Positions 9,702 to 19,195 of a stretch of 64,000 bases of DNA are shown here, piece by piece. This DNA comes from a bacterium (GTDB lineage: Bacteria > Patescibacteriota > Saccharimonadia > Saccharimonadales > SZUA-47). The stretch covers positions 162,793 through 226,792 of the forward strand of contig JAUIBF010000001.1 in assembly GCA_030428125.1 (NCBI GenBank), in the 5' to 3' direction. Position numbers and translations under genes: made by a program. Under the pieces are notes generated by a model that had not been told where the DNA came from, did not search any database, and worked only from the letters and a program-made list of their open reading frames with translations. Position 1 is the stretch's first letter; each line of letters opens with the position of its first letter.

Positions 9702-11891
9702 GTGCTAGTGCTAGATGTAATTGAAGGCTTAAACGAAGAACAGAAAAGGGCGGTCCTAACAACTGAAGGGCCGCTTCTTATTCAGGCTGGGGCTGGGTCA
9801 GGCAAAACCAAAACCTTAACTCACCGGATCGCAAATATTCTGCAACAAAATTTAGCTCAAGGCTCTCAGATTTTGGCAGTTACGTTTACCAATAAAGCTG
9901 CTAAAGAAATGCGTGAGAGAGTAGCTAGTCTGCTCGGAGAAAATCCAGACAACAGGTCGTTCCTGCCATTTATGGGGACTTTTCATGGTGTATGTGTGCG
10001 TTTTTTGAGGCAAGACGGTGATCATATTGGCGTGCCTAAAACTTTTGTAATTTATGATGAGGCCGACAAACTTGCCGCTATAAAGCAGGTGAGTAAAAAA
10101 CTAATGATCGACGAGAAAACCTATCCTCCACGTACAATTGCAAATCTTATCAGCAGTGCAAAAAATGAAGCAATAAGCTCACAAGACTATGCTGGCATAG
10201 CAAACAGTCCTAGTCAAAAAACTGCAGCTCAAGTTTACCCACTTTATCAAACAGTGTTAAAAGATGCTGGTGCATTGGATTTTGACGATTTAATATTAAA
10301 AACATTACAACTGCTATCAATACCTGAAGTTAGGAACAAGTGGCAAACTAACTTTCGTTACATCATGATTGATGAGTACCAAGACACGAATGGAGCACAA
10401 TACAAGCTAGTCAAGCTGCTAGTAAATGAAAATAATAATATCGCTGTTGTAGGTGACGATTGGCAAAGTATTTATAGTTGGCGCGGGGCGGATTTTAGAA
10501 ATATATTGAATTTTGAAAGAGACTACAAAGATGTAGCTGTTATCAAGCTTGAACAAAATTATCGGAGCACAAAACCAATACTAGATGGGGCTCATGTGGT
10601 AATCACCAAAAATAAACAACGAAGTGACAAAAAACTGTGGACATCGATTAGCAAAGGAAAGCCTATTCAAATTGTTTCTGTTAGTACTGAGCGTGCCGAA
10701 GCAGAAACTCTTGTTCGTCGCATTAAAAATGCAGTCGACGGAGATATGCGAAAACTTCAAGAATTTGCTGTTCTGTACAGAACAAACGCACAAAGTAGGG
10801 CAGTGGAAGAAGCTTTCCTGCACTACGGGGTTCCATACCGGATTGTTGGCGGGCAAAGGTTTTATGATAGAAAAGAAATCAAAGATATAGTTGCATATCT
10901 TAGATTTATTTTTCAGCCAGCCGATAGAGTTAGTTTCGAGAGGGTAGTAAATGTTCCAGCGAGAGGTATTGGTAATGTTTCACTGCAGCGATTTTATGAA
11001 TATATCGAAGCTAACGATCTTAGTTTATTGCAAGGCCTAGAAAAGGCTCGGGACATACCCAAGTTGCCTGCTAAAGCGGCTAGTGGACTAACAGAACTCG
11101 CAGATATTGTGTTAAGTGCCCAGTCGGTGATGGAAGACGCTGCAGTTGTAGGAATTATAGATTCACTCATCAGAAGAATTGATTATATGGACTATCTGTC
11201 TGACGGGACACCGAGTGGTGAAGCTCGTCAGGAAAACGTTCGAGAACTGCTTAGTGTAGCAAAAGAATACAATGAGTTAGGTTTAAGTGGATTTCTGGAA
11301 GAAATTTCACTAGTTAGCGATATAGACCAAGCGAACTTTAATACTAATGCTGTGACGTTAATGACACTGCATGCCGCTAAAGGTCTGGAGTTCCCTGTTG
11401 TGTTCATGGTTGGAATGGAAGAGACAGTTTTCCCGCATAGTCGTGCCCTCTACGAAGCTACTGAAATGGAAGAAGAAAGGCGCCTTTGCTATGTGGGTAT
11501 GACACGGGCAAAAGAAGAGCTATATATGATGCATGCATCAAGTAGAATGCTCTACGGTGGAACTCAGCACAACCCACCTGCTAGATTTTTATCAGAAATA
11601 TCTGGCGAGTCAATTCAGGAGGGTAACGGATTCGGGAATAGCTCATTTGGCAGTTCACAGAATATGCAATCGAAATTTGGTAACCTTACGGGATGGGCAG
11701 AAAATTTAAGTAGCAAATCGGAAGACGAACCGAAGTATATTGTAGATTTTGAAATAGGTGATGCCGTGGAACATCAGTTGTTTGGTCGTGGAACAGTTGT
11801 TGATATGGATGGCGATAATCTAGCAATCCACTTCAAGGGAAAAGGTACTAAAAAACTTAACGCGTCTTTCGCACCGATCAAGAAATTATGA
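9702..11891 (+). CDS. pcrA: ATP-dependent DNA helicase PcrA/UvrD
   Basis: AGAGSGKT, TFTNKAA, DEYQDTN, VGDDWQSIYSWRGA, LEQNYRS, TLHAAKGLEF and EERRLCYVGMTRAKE motifs; C-terminal Tudor-like domain. Confidence 0.95.
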   Translation: MLVLDVIEGLNEEQKRAVLTTEGPLLIQAGAGSGKTKTLTHRIANILQQNLAQGSQILAVTFTNKAAKEMRERVASLLGENPDNRSFLPFMGTFHGVCVRFLRQDGDHIGVPKTFVIYDEADKLAAIKQVSKKLMIDEKTYPPRTIANLISSAKNEAISSQDYAGIANSPSQKTAAQVYPLYQTVLKDAGALDFDDLILKTLQLLSIPEVRNKWQTNFRYIMIDEYQDTNGAQYKLVKLLVNENNNIAVVGDDWQSIYSWRGADFRNILNFERDYKDVAVIKLEQNYRSTKPILDGAHVVITKNKQRSDKKLWTSISKGKPIQIVSVSTERAEAETLVRRIKNAVDGDMRKLQEFAVLYRTNAQSRAVEEAFLHYGVPYRIVGGQRFYDRKEIKDIVAYLRFIFQPADRVSFERVVNVPARGIGNVSLQRFYEYIEANDLSLLQGLEKARDIPKLPAKAASGLTELADIVLSAQSVMEDAAVVGIIDSLIRRIDYMDYLSDGTPSGEARQENVRELLSVAKEYNELGLSGFLEEISLVSDIDQANFNTNAVTLMTLHAAKGLEFPVVFMVGMEETVFPHSRALYEATEMEEERRLCYVGMTRAKEELYMMHASSRMLYGGTQHNPPARFLSEISGESIQEGNGFGNSSFGSSQNMQSKFGNLTGWAENLSSKSEDEPKYIVDFEIGDAVEHQLFGRGTVVDMDGDNLAIHFKGKGTKKLNASFAPIKKL

Positions 11892-12304
11892 GCATAGGTG
11901 TAATTCTGTACTATCTGTCATGGCCTCTGCTTTGGTTTTACTCACCACTAACAGTAAGAGTAAGAGTAATAATCAAACATAATGATGAGGTATTAGTAGT
12001 TAAAAACTGGTTTGGTTCTGGGTATTGGCAGCTTCCTGGTGGAGGAATCAAAGCGGGAGAAAAACCATTACAAGCGGCAAATAGGGAGGTCAAAGAAGAG
12101 TTGAGTATAAAACTAAAAAACTTAGAATTAATTTCAAATGAAGCAGTAGTTTACGGACAACACGGATTAATAAAGAGAAATTACTTCGTACTAGCCAAGA
12201 TTGAGTCAAAACCAGCAGTCAAAATGTCCAGCGAAATTACGGACCACAAGTGGATAGATTTAAGCAGTTTCAAATTTCCAAAACAGGTGTCAGAAAAGAT
12301 ATAG
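11888..12304 (+). CDS. NUDIX hydrolase
   Basis: Nudix box GGGIKAGEKPLQAANREVKEELSI. Confidence 0.85.
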   Translation: MSIGVILYYLSWPLLWFYSPLTVRVRVIIKHNDEVLVVKNWFGSGYWQLPGGGIKAGEKPLQAANREVKEELSIKLKNLELISNEAVVYGQHGLIKRNYFVLAKIESKPAVKMSSEITDHKWIDLSSFKFPKQVSEKI

Positions 12305-12360
12305 AATAAGGCCAAATGCTATACTAGTACCTGGCTTTATAGAGTAAGCCATTTTTTGCT

Positions 12361-13614
12361 ATGGTTAAGAAGTCTAAGAAATTTCTAAAGAAGACAAAGA
12401 CTAAGGCCAAGAAGAAAGCCAAGTTTTTGCTAAGGCACCCATTTTTACTGCCGGTGACCATATTTTTTGTAGTTGTATTTTTCGGAATGGGAATGTTCGT
12501 TACTGTTGGAGCGACTACCGGAGGTGCCAAAGACAAGCATATTGTTAACATTTATGTTGACGGAGAAAAACAAACTGTTAGTACACGCGCAAAAACAGTT
12601 GAAGAATTATTCGACAGACTAGAAATAAAACTAATCGATGAAGATATTGTAGAACCCTCCAGGGAAACTCCAATAATTGACGATGATACACAAGTAAACG
12701 TATACCGGGCTAGACCCGTGTCGGTTATTGACGGAGAAAGGACCATTACAATCCTAAGTGCTCAACGGGCACCTAGACTCTTGGCATTTGAAGCAGGGTT
12801 AAAATTACACCCAGAAGATGATGCAATTCTACAGTCTGCAGAAGCTGACTTGCTAGAAAACACCTCACCTGAACAGGTGGTTATAAATCGTTCAGTTCCT
12901 ATTCAGATCAATATATTTGGAGTAATCAGGCAGTACAGAACGACGGCCAAAACAGTAGCGGATGTATTAATCGAAAATAATATAGAGCTTCAGGAAAGGG
13001 AGACTGTGCAACCTGAAGATTTAACCACATCCATCACATCGAACATGCTAATTTCAGTAAATGCACCAGGCGTAAAAACAGAATCAGTAACCGAAGTCAT
13101 ACCATATGAGTCTGAAACTATCCTAGACGACAACCTAGAGACTGGACAACGTGAATTACGTACAGAAGGTGAGAATGGGGAGAAGGCAGTTATTTACGAG
13201 ATTACAGAAGAAAACGGCGAGGAGGTTTCCCGTAGAGAAATACAAACAATAGTCACCAAAAAGCCAGTCAATGAAGTATATGCTCGAGGAACCAAGCCTG
13301 CAACTCTTAGTCCTACGGTTAGCGTTTCAGAGGATAAAGCGGCTCTGATGGCTGCTGCTGGAATAGCTGCCAGTGATTATCCATATGTGGACTTTATTAT
13401 TAGCCACGAATCGAACTGGCGACCGGGAGCTTACAATTCCGGTTCGGGTGCTTACGGCTTATGCCAGAGCCTGCCAGCTAGTAAAATGGCCAGTGCGGGT
13501 GCCGACTACTTGACTAATCCAGTTACCCAGTTACGGTGGTGTTCGGGATATTCATCTAGGTATGGTGGCTGGCAGGGCGCGTACAACGCCTGGCTTGCTC
13601 AGGGCTGGTGGTAG
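12361..13614 (+). CDS. RpfB/YabE-like cell-wall protein (DUF348 repeats, G5 domain, lytic transglycosylase-like C-terminus)
   Basis: TM anchor; repeated T.AKTV...L ubiquitin-like units; G5-like EGENGEK..PVNEVYARGT; IISHESNW...SGAYGLCQSLP; lies upstream of rsmA as in Actinobacteria/Firmicutes. Confidence 0.85.
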   Translation: MVKKSKKFLKKTKTKAKKKAKFLLRHPFLLPVTIFFVVVFFGMGMFVTVGATTGGAKDKHIVNIYVDGEKQTVSTRAKTVEELFDRLEIKLIDEDIVEPSRETPIIDDDTQVNVYRARPVSVIDGERTITILSAQRAPRLLAFEAGLKLHPEDDAILQSAEADLLENTSPEQVVINRSVPIQINIFGVIRQYRTTAKTVADVLIENNIELQERETVQPEDLTTSITSNMLISVNAPGVKTESVTEVIPYESETILDDNLETGQRELRTEGENGEKAVIYEITEENGEEVSRREIQTIVTKKPVNEVYARGTKPATLSPTVSVSEDKAALMAAAGIAASDYPYVDFIISHESNWRPGAYNSGSGAYGLCQSLPASKMASAGADYLTNPVTQLRWCSGYSSRYGGWQGAYNAWLAQGWW

Positions 13615-13666
13615 TTTCTGTATCAGTTAAGTTTTGCTATAGTTAACTTCATAAAGAGGAAATTAA

Positions 13667-14035
13667 ATGAGTACGAGACATTTGAGGCAAGGTGTTCACG
13701 AGGCATTAAGGCCTCTGTATTTAGCTTGCGTAGAAGAATTAGACAGAACTGGAGTAGCAAGAGAGCATCCAGATGGAGTGAGAGTCACTACTTGTGAATC
13801 TCTCGGTGGGGCAGCAATTACCAGAACAGACGATGAGACTTCGGTCAGCATTACTGTAAGTGGAGAGTTTGTATTGCCTGGTTCCGGGACGGAAGAAGAG
13901 GTTGACATAACGTTCGCAGATGACATGAGGGACCTTTCAGATTCTAGAGTAGATTCTACGTTGCGTGGAACAATAGGACTAAGAGATTATCGAAGATACG
14001 CCAGAGATATGATGAGTCTAGTTAGGCCGGAATAG
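13667..14035 (+). CDS. Hypothetical lysine-free protein
   Basis: 122-aa ORF with upstream agagga SD-like sequence, between rpfB-like and rsmA. Confidence 0.6.
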   Translation: MSTRHLRQGVHEALRPLYLACVEELDRTGVAREHPDGVRVTTCESLGGAAITRTDDETSVSITVSGEFVLPGSGTEEEVDITFADDMRDLSDSRVDSTLRGTIGLRDYRRYARDMMSLVRPE

Positions 14036-14036
14036 G

Positions 14037-14825
14037 TTGATGTCCCAGCCTAAAAAAGAGCTAGGTCAGCATTGGTTGCAGGATGAAGGTATCCTTAATG
14101 CAATAGTTGAAGCTGGAAAAGTTACAGCTAATGACAATGTCTTAGAAATTGGACCAGGACTAGGAACCCTAACCCAGAAATTAGCTGACACCAGTGCTAG
14201 TATTGCGGCTTTAGAGTACGATGAGGAACTACTCTCTGGATTAAACAGAAAGTTTAAAAATTGCAACAACGTGGCAATTATAGAAGGGGATGTAAGGACT
14301 TTTGATTTTAATACTTTTAAAACAGGCTATAAGATAATCGCAAACATACCTTACTACTTAACAAGTAACTTGATAAGGTCTATAAGCGAGTCCGATAACC
14401 CACCATCAATTGCGGTATTGCTTATACAGAAGGAAGTCGCAGAAAGATTATGTGCTAAGCCGGGACAAATGAGTATATTGTCCGCAACAGCACAATATTA
14501 TTTCGAGTGCAGACTGGATATTGAAGTTCCTGCGGAATACTTTACTCCTCCACCAAAGGTAGGCTCGCAAGTAGTTGTTTTGAAATATCGAGAACAGAAG
14601 CTGTTTGACGTTGATGAAAGCACTCTATTTAAGTTAATAAAAGCTGGTTTCTCAGAAAAAAGAAAAACACTCAGGAATAGCCTTAGTGGTGGTCTAGCAA
14701 TAGACAAGGAAGATGCTGAGAAATTGCTAAAATCTGCCGGCCTGGATCCAAAAAAGCGTGCTCAAGAGCTAAATTTGGATGATTGGCATAAGCTATACTT
14801 GACATATGAACCAACACGACCATAG
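14037..14825 (+). CDS. rsmA: 16S rRNA m6(2)A dimethyltransferase RsmA/KsgA
   Basis: KKELGQHWL, LEIGPGLG, IANIPYYLT, QKEVAERL and FTPPPKV motifs. Confidence 0.95.
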   Translation: MMSQPKKELGQHWLQDEGILNAIVEAGKVTANDNVLEIGPGLGTLTQKLADTSASIAALEYDEELLSGLNRKFKNCNNVAIIEGDVRTFDFNTFKTGYKIIANIPYYLTSNLIRSISESDNPPSIAVLLIQKEVAERLCAKPGQMSILSATAQYYFECRLDIEVPAEYFTPPPKVGSQVVVLKYREQKLFDVDESTLFKLIKAGFSEKRKTLRNSLSGGLAIDKEDAEKLLKSAGLDPKKRAQELNLDDWHKLYLTYEPTRP

Positions 14826-15318
14826 CGAACACCACAGTCACAAGGAAAACAAAAATACTCTAGAATACATAAAATTTGCAGGGGTAATTGTTTTAGTTGT
14901 TGTTCTGTCGGCGATTATTGAAAAAAATTCAGCGGTTACCTACATGGAAGTTTTTATGGGTGTATTTTTTGCAGTTTTTGGATTTTTCAAGATAATAAAC
15001 CTCAAAGAGTTTGCTTACGGGTTTCAAAGCTATGACTTAATTGCGAAAAATAGCCTACTGTATAGCTACTCATACCCATTTATTCAACTTGCGTTCGCAT
15101 TCTTATACCTTTATGGCGCAGGTTCGATAATGTGGGTAAGTTATACCGTGCTCATTGTTTCACTAATAAGTGGTTTAGGAGTACTGCAGGCGTTAGGTTC
15201 TGGAGCTAAAGTTCATTGTGTTTGTTTGGGCAATGTAATTAAGCTGCCTCTTTCTACGATTAGTTTCGTAGAAGATTTTGGCATGGCATTAATGGCGATA
15301 GCAATTATAGTGCTATAA
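14806..15318 (+). CDS. MauE/DoxX-family membrane protein
   Basis: FMGVFF, F..YDLIAK, YPFIQL, CVCLG and ED..M motifs; His-rich N-terminus. Confidence 0.7.
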   Translation: MNQHDHSEHHSHKENKNTLEYIKFAGVIVLVVVLSAIIEKNSAVTYMEVFMGVFFAVFGFFKIINLKEFAYGFQSYDLIAKNSLLYSYSYPFIQLAFAFLYLYGAGSIMWVSYTVLIVSLISGLGVLQALGSGAKVHCVCLGNVIKLPLSTISFVEDFGMALMAIAIIVL

Positions 15319-15416
15319 CTCACTGAACGAGTTTAGTGATTGTGGTTTAGTATATTACACAAGCGTTAGACGTAAAAAAATTTATAAATGTTATAATTCT
15401 TAACAGGTAAACGACT

Positions 15417-15839
15417 ATGCAACAACAATTATCTTGGCAGTTTCATAAAATATCTTTTTTGCTCGAAAAGACAGCTGATGAAGCTCTGAAAAGGCAGCTA
15501 GGTATCGGATTCGCGCAATATAAGGTGCTGGAAGCAGTCAATCACAACACACTGGCCCGCCAAAATACAGTGGCTGAGATGCTTGACCAAACAGAAGCTA
15601 GTATCAGCAGACAAGTAAGAATTCTTGAGAAAAAAGGCCTAATAAACATTACGGATGTTATGGGTAATCGTAGAGCAAAAGAGTTGAGTCTCACAACCGT
15701 TGGAGACGAAATGGTTCGTAATGCAGGCGAGACTATTGAGGTAGCACAAGCTAAATTTTTCACTAATGTTAGCCGGAATGATCAACAGAGATTGCTGATA
15801 ATGTTCGAAAATATGCTTAATAGTGCAAAAGAAAACTAG
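15417..15839 (+). CDS. MarR family transcriptional regulator
   Basis: AQYKVL...ASISRQVRILEKKGLI...NRRAKELSLT..G. Confidence 0.85.
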   Translation: MQQQLSWQFHKISFLLEKTADEALKRQLGIGFAQYKVLEAVNHNTLARQNTVAEMLDQTEASISRQVRILEKKGLINITDVMGNRRAKELSLTTVGDEMVRNAGETIEVAQAKFFTNVSRNDQQRLLIMFENMLNSAKEN

Positions 15840-17047
15840 AGATACTTCTCCACATAGTAACTAAAAACCCCGTTAGTCCATCCGAATCCAGTCTGTGAAG
15901 GGTATAGTCCCTCTGTTGGTTTGAGCTTCAGGTTAACTACATTGTATTTTTCTAAAAATTCTCCATGGTACTGGTACCAGCTATTGCAGGTGTAAAGCCA
16001 CTTTTTAGCAATCATTTCCGCTTCTTCAGCATACCCATAATTTTCTAGTCCTTCTGTAACTATGTAATGCAGAGGCGCCCAACCATTTGGGTATGCCCAT
16101 TGGGTTTTCGTGGAACCAAACAAGTTTGTGTACATAAAAGAACCTTGGGTAGTAGTTAGACCTCCTTTTTTATCAAACTTATCTAGATTTTTTACTAGCT
16201 TTTTGGCTTGTGACTCACTAGCAAGTCCAGACCACATAGCATAGTAGGCAGCTAGAGACCAAACTGTTGACCGGTCTTTGGTGTGGTAATTGAAATCAAA
16301 ATAGAAGTTATTGCGTTTGTGCCACATAAGCTTATTAACTGTATGTTGTCTCTCTTCTGCCGCGTACTGCCAAACTCTTGCTTCAGCGTCGTTATCTGCA
16401 ATCTCTGCTGCTCGAGCAAAATCTGTTTCATACTTGTATAGTAAACAGTTTAAATCGATGGGTAGATAATCTAGACATTGTCGCCTAAACCTGGGGGTCA
16501 TGTCCCAGCCACTTTCTGCTTCTGCGAGGTCATGAAGGTAGTTGATGTCGTAGTATCTGCTAAGCCCATGATAGACACATCTGTCGTGTGGATGTTCGTG
16601 ACTCATCCATACCTCATGATATTCGCGCTTAGCGACTGACATATGTTTGAGTAGCCATGAATCTGACTTCTTGTACTTATCGTAAACATGAAATATAAAA
16701 GTCGTTAGAATGGGTGGTTGTGATCTGCTTGTGAAATAGTATCTGTTCGCATTTGGGATTAAACCGAAATCTTCGAATAGATGAATCAAGTTTTCGAGCA
16801 TTCCGGTAACCAGCTTTTCGTCGTCTATTCCGAGCGCCGTGAAATAGCTGTCCCAGTAATACTGTTCTTCGAATGCGAAATGATCATTTCCTGGACTCGG
16901 TACAATATAGGGGTTTGGAAGACTGATTAAAGTAGACGTAGATTTGGTACTTTTTCGAGTTAATTTTTTCCATAACTCAGAAATATACGCTTGCGCATCC
17001 TCAACATCCGCCCTAGAAAGCTTTACCTGGTCTTTTTTATCAATCAC
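15836..17047 (-). CDS. Alpha,alpha-trehalase (GH37)
   Basis: YIVP, EQYYWDSYF, IPNAN, RSQPP, AESGWD, QW.YPNGWAP, EKYNV and GFGWTNG motifs. Confidence 0.88.
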   Translation of the reverse strand: MIDKKDQVKLSRADVEDAQAYISELWKKLTRKSTKSTSTLISLPNPYIVPSPGNDHFAFEEQYYWDSYFTALGIDDEKLVTGMLENLIHLFEDFGLIPNANRYYFTSRSQPPILTTFIFHVYDKYKKSDSWLLKHMSVAKREYHEVWMSHEHPHDRCVYHGLSRYYDINYLHDLAEAESGWDMTPRFRRQCLDYLPIDLNCLLYKYETDFARAAEIADNDAEARVWQYAAEERQHTVNKLMWHKRNNFYFDFNYHTKDRSTVWSLAAYYAMWSGLASESQAKKLVKNLDKFDKKGGLTTTQGSFMYTNLFGSTKTQWAYPNGWAPLHYIVTEGLENYGYAEEAEMIAKKWLYTCNSWYQYHGEFLEKYNVVNLKLKPTEGLYPSQTGFGWTNGVFSYYVEKYL

Positions 17048-17097
17048 TACTTATAGTGTAACCATAAGAGGTAATATTGTATAGGTTTATTACTCTT

Positions 17098-17358
17098 TCA
17101 AGCCACTTCAACAATACTTGGTGGTACTGCTGAGCTAGCATTTATAGTAGCTACTTCAGCTGCTTCGGTTATCGAAACTGCTCTAAGTGCTTCATGTCCG
17201 ATCTGTGCTGCGTCGGTTTCTCTGTGAGTTCTTATGGCTTCGCCAATAGTGCTCGCAATTGCTCTCCCAGTGTCCCAAGTTCGGCCTGCAACCATACCCG
17301 GTACTCCCCAAACTTGCCACTCATGGAAGTAGTGGTTCGGACTTCTATCTGCGCCCAT
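17098..17358 (-). CDS. Hypothetical lysine-free protein
   Basis: 86-aa ORF preceded by purine-rich aagggga. Confidence 0.45.
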   Translation of the reverse strand: MGADRSPNHYFHEWQVWGVPGMVAGRTWDTGRAIASTIGEAIRTHRETDAAQIGHEALRAVSITEAAEVATINASSAVPPSIVEVA

Positions 17359-17523
17359 CTTATTTCCCCTTTTGTTAGATTTTGTTTAATCCCTTTATTG
17401 CTTATGACTCTAAACCCTATAAGCTAAAAAGTATGTGATATTCCACACAAAACATAACCATCATAATATTATTGACAAAATATGTAAAAAGTACGATAAT
17501 GTGACTAACTAAAGGAGACATAA

Positions 17524-17787
17524 ATGTTTAACTCACTCTATAACGCGCTACTAGAATGGAATCGAAGTTCAGACGATCGCCAAAAACTACAACACACCTA
17601 TATCGTGCTAACAGTACTTTCAGTGATAGTTGCTGGAATCGTAAGCCTAGTTGATAACCAATCAGGCCAAGATATGCTACTCATCACAGTAGCTGCAGGT
17701 GCAATATTCTTAGTAAATGCTGTAATTTGGAGCTTGCTTGAATCAACCCTTCTCGCCAAGCTTTCAGGCCGACGTAAAAGACAGTAA
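17524..17787 (+). CDS. Small two-TM membrane protein
   Basis: aaggag SD; two hydrophobic helices; basic tail. Confidence 0.65.
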   Translation: MFNSLYNALLEWNRSSDDRQKLQHTYIVLTVLSVIVAGIVSLVDNQSGQDMLLITVAAGAIFLVNAVIWSLLESTLLAKLSGRRKRQ

Positions 17788-17790
17788 GTC

Positions 17791-18000
17791 TTAGTAACTA
17801 TCTGTCTCTAACATAGACTCAGGAGGTTCCTCCGGGTCTATGTTTTTTATTTGGTCAGGGAGGCTTTCGGTGTAAATATCATCTTCGAATTCGTCTTCAA
17901 TGTAATTTTCAGAATCAGCACTTGGTTTGTTAGTGTTTTTGAATTTTGAATCGCTTCTCACGTCATACACCTCCAAGTTAATTGCATGGCATATTATCAA
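17791..18000 (-). CDS. Hypothetical small acidic protein (real start probably downstream)
   Basis: Acidic ORF; an internal ggagg SD precedes a GTG codon. Confidence 0.3.
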   Translation of the reverse strand: MIICHAINLEVYDVRSDSKFKNTNKPSADSENYIEDEFEDDIYTESLPDQIKNIDPEEPPESMLETDSY

Positions 18001-18036
18001 GTATTTTAGAAAAAATCTGTGAGATTATTAACAAAA

Positions 18037-18432
18037 TTAAGATATATCAGCTAGCAAATCAGTCATCATTTCTCTAGGAAGAGAGTAGTCTCTAGCATCC
18101 ATACTGCCATTAAAATGGTATAACGGCGGACCTTCAATGAAGAAATTTATTACACGTAGCGGCATCTCTCTGGCGATTCCTGTATCAGGGTGGGGCTCTA
18201 GACCTTCTCGTGTATATTGCGCTCCAGCCTGCAAGGGACCAGATAGACCTTTTACGACACGCAAGAATCTTGCAGACTCCCTGCCTATTGTTCTAGGTGA
18301 ATCAAGTTCAAGTGTGAAGACCCGGTATGTATTACCATCATGCTCCCAACTTCTATATGCACTTCCATCAACATATTCGCGTAGTTTCGCTCCAGCTTCT
18401 ATGGCTTCTTCTGGAGAAACGACATCAATCAT
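18037..18432 (-). CDS. Hypothetical lysine-poor protein
   Basis: 131-aa ORF with a -10-like TATTAT 6 nt before the ATG. Confidence 0.55.
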   Translation of the reverse strand: MIDVVSPEEAIEAGAKLREYVDGSAYRSWEHDGNTYRVFTLELDSPRTIGRESARFLRVVKGLSGPLQAGAQYTREGLEPHPDTGIAREMPLRVINFFIEGPPLYHFNGSMDARDYSLPREMMTDLLADIS

Positions 18433-18601
18433 AAATTAATAATACAATAATATAAAGATTAAATCAATAAATGCTAGCCTTCGTTTAATTCGACAAAAGA
18501 GAGGATTCTTTTGTCGGAAAATGAAGCATCAAAAAGAACTCGCGACATTTTCTGATATTGATTCTCAGAAAATCATGCAAGCTCTTTGTACGTTGTTGAC
18601 G

Positions 18602-18985
18602 TGGTGGAGCTGGTGGGAATTGCACCCACGTCCATCGGCTAACTCATTGGATGACTACAAGCTTATTTTGTTTAGTGTGTCTTAGGTCAAATAGCTCTAA
18701 ACAAACAAAATACTAAATGACGGCAACCTTAAAATCTTAATACAACCCTTAAGGTGGCGGGGAAGTAAGCATCAGATAATATAAGACCCTCTGACTTTTA
18801 TCTGAGTCAAAGAGAGGATCGCAGTCTAAATAATTAGGCTGCTAGTGCGAATTGACGTTGCGCTAAAACGCGGTCTGCCATTTCGCTCAAAGATGTTTTT
18901 GCATCTATTGTTTTGCCCTATAACGGTGAGCAACCGGCTTGCCATGCCAACTTGTCAAGGTCCAATGTCGAGCTATATCAGCCCC
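18602..18985 (-). ncRNA. ssrA: tmRNA
   Basis: 5' GGGGCTG and 3' T arm gtggg-tgcaatt-cccac followed by cagctcc-ACCA; internal tag frame AKTSLSEMADRVLAQRQFALAA* ending in ALAA. Confidence 0.93.
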
Positions 18986-19195
18986 TCGTCGGCATGTAAT
19001 GGTGCTTGCACCAGAACTGCCGACGAAACAAGTTCCTCGGACACTTCTGGTACATTCACCAAGCTGCCTCCTCTCAATAATTCAAACAGAAACTGGTTTC
19101 TTCGTTTAAATTATTGGTTGTAGCTACAAGAGCTACGGCTTTGAAGCTATAAATACCCCAAAGTAACACTATTATAGCACAAAACACAAGCAAAA

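Noticed and set aside
18845-19123. 92-aa ORF on the + strand
   Set aside because: Antisense to tmRNA and its leader.
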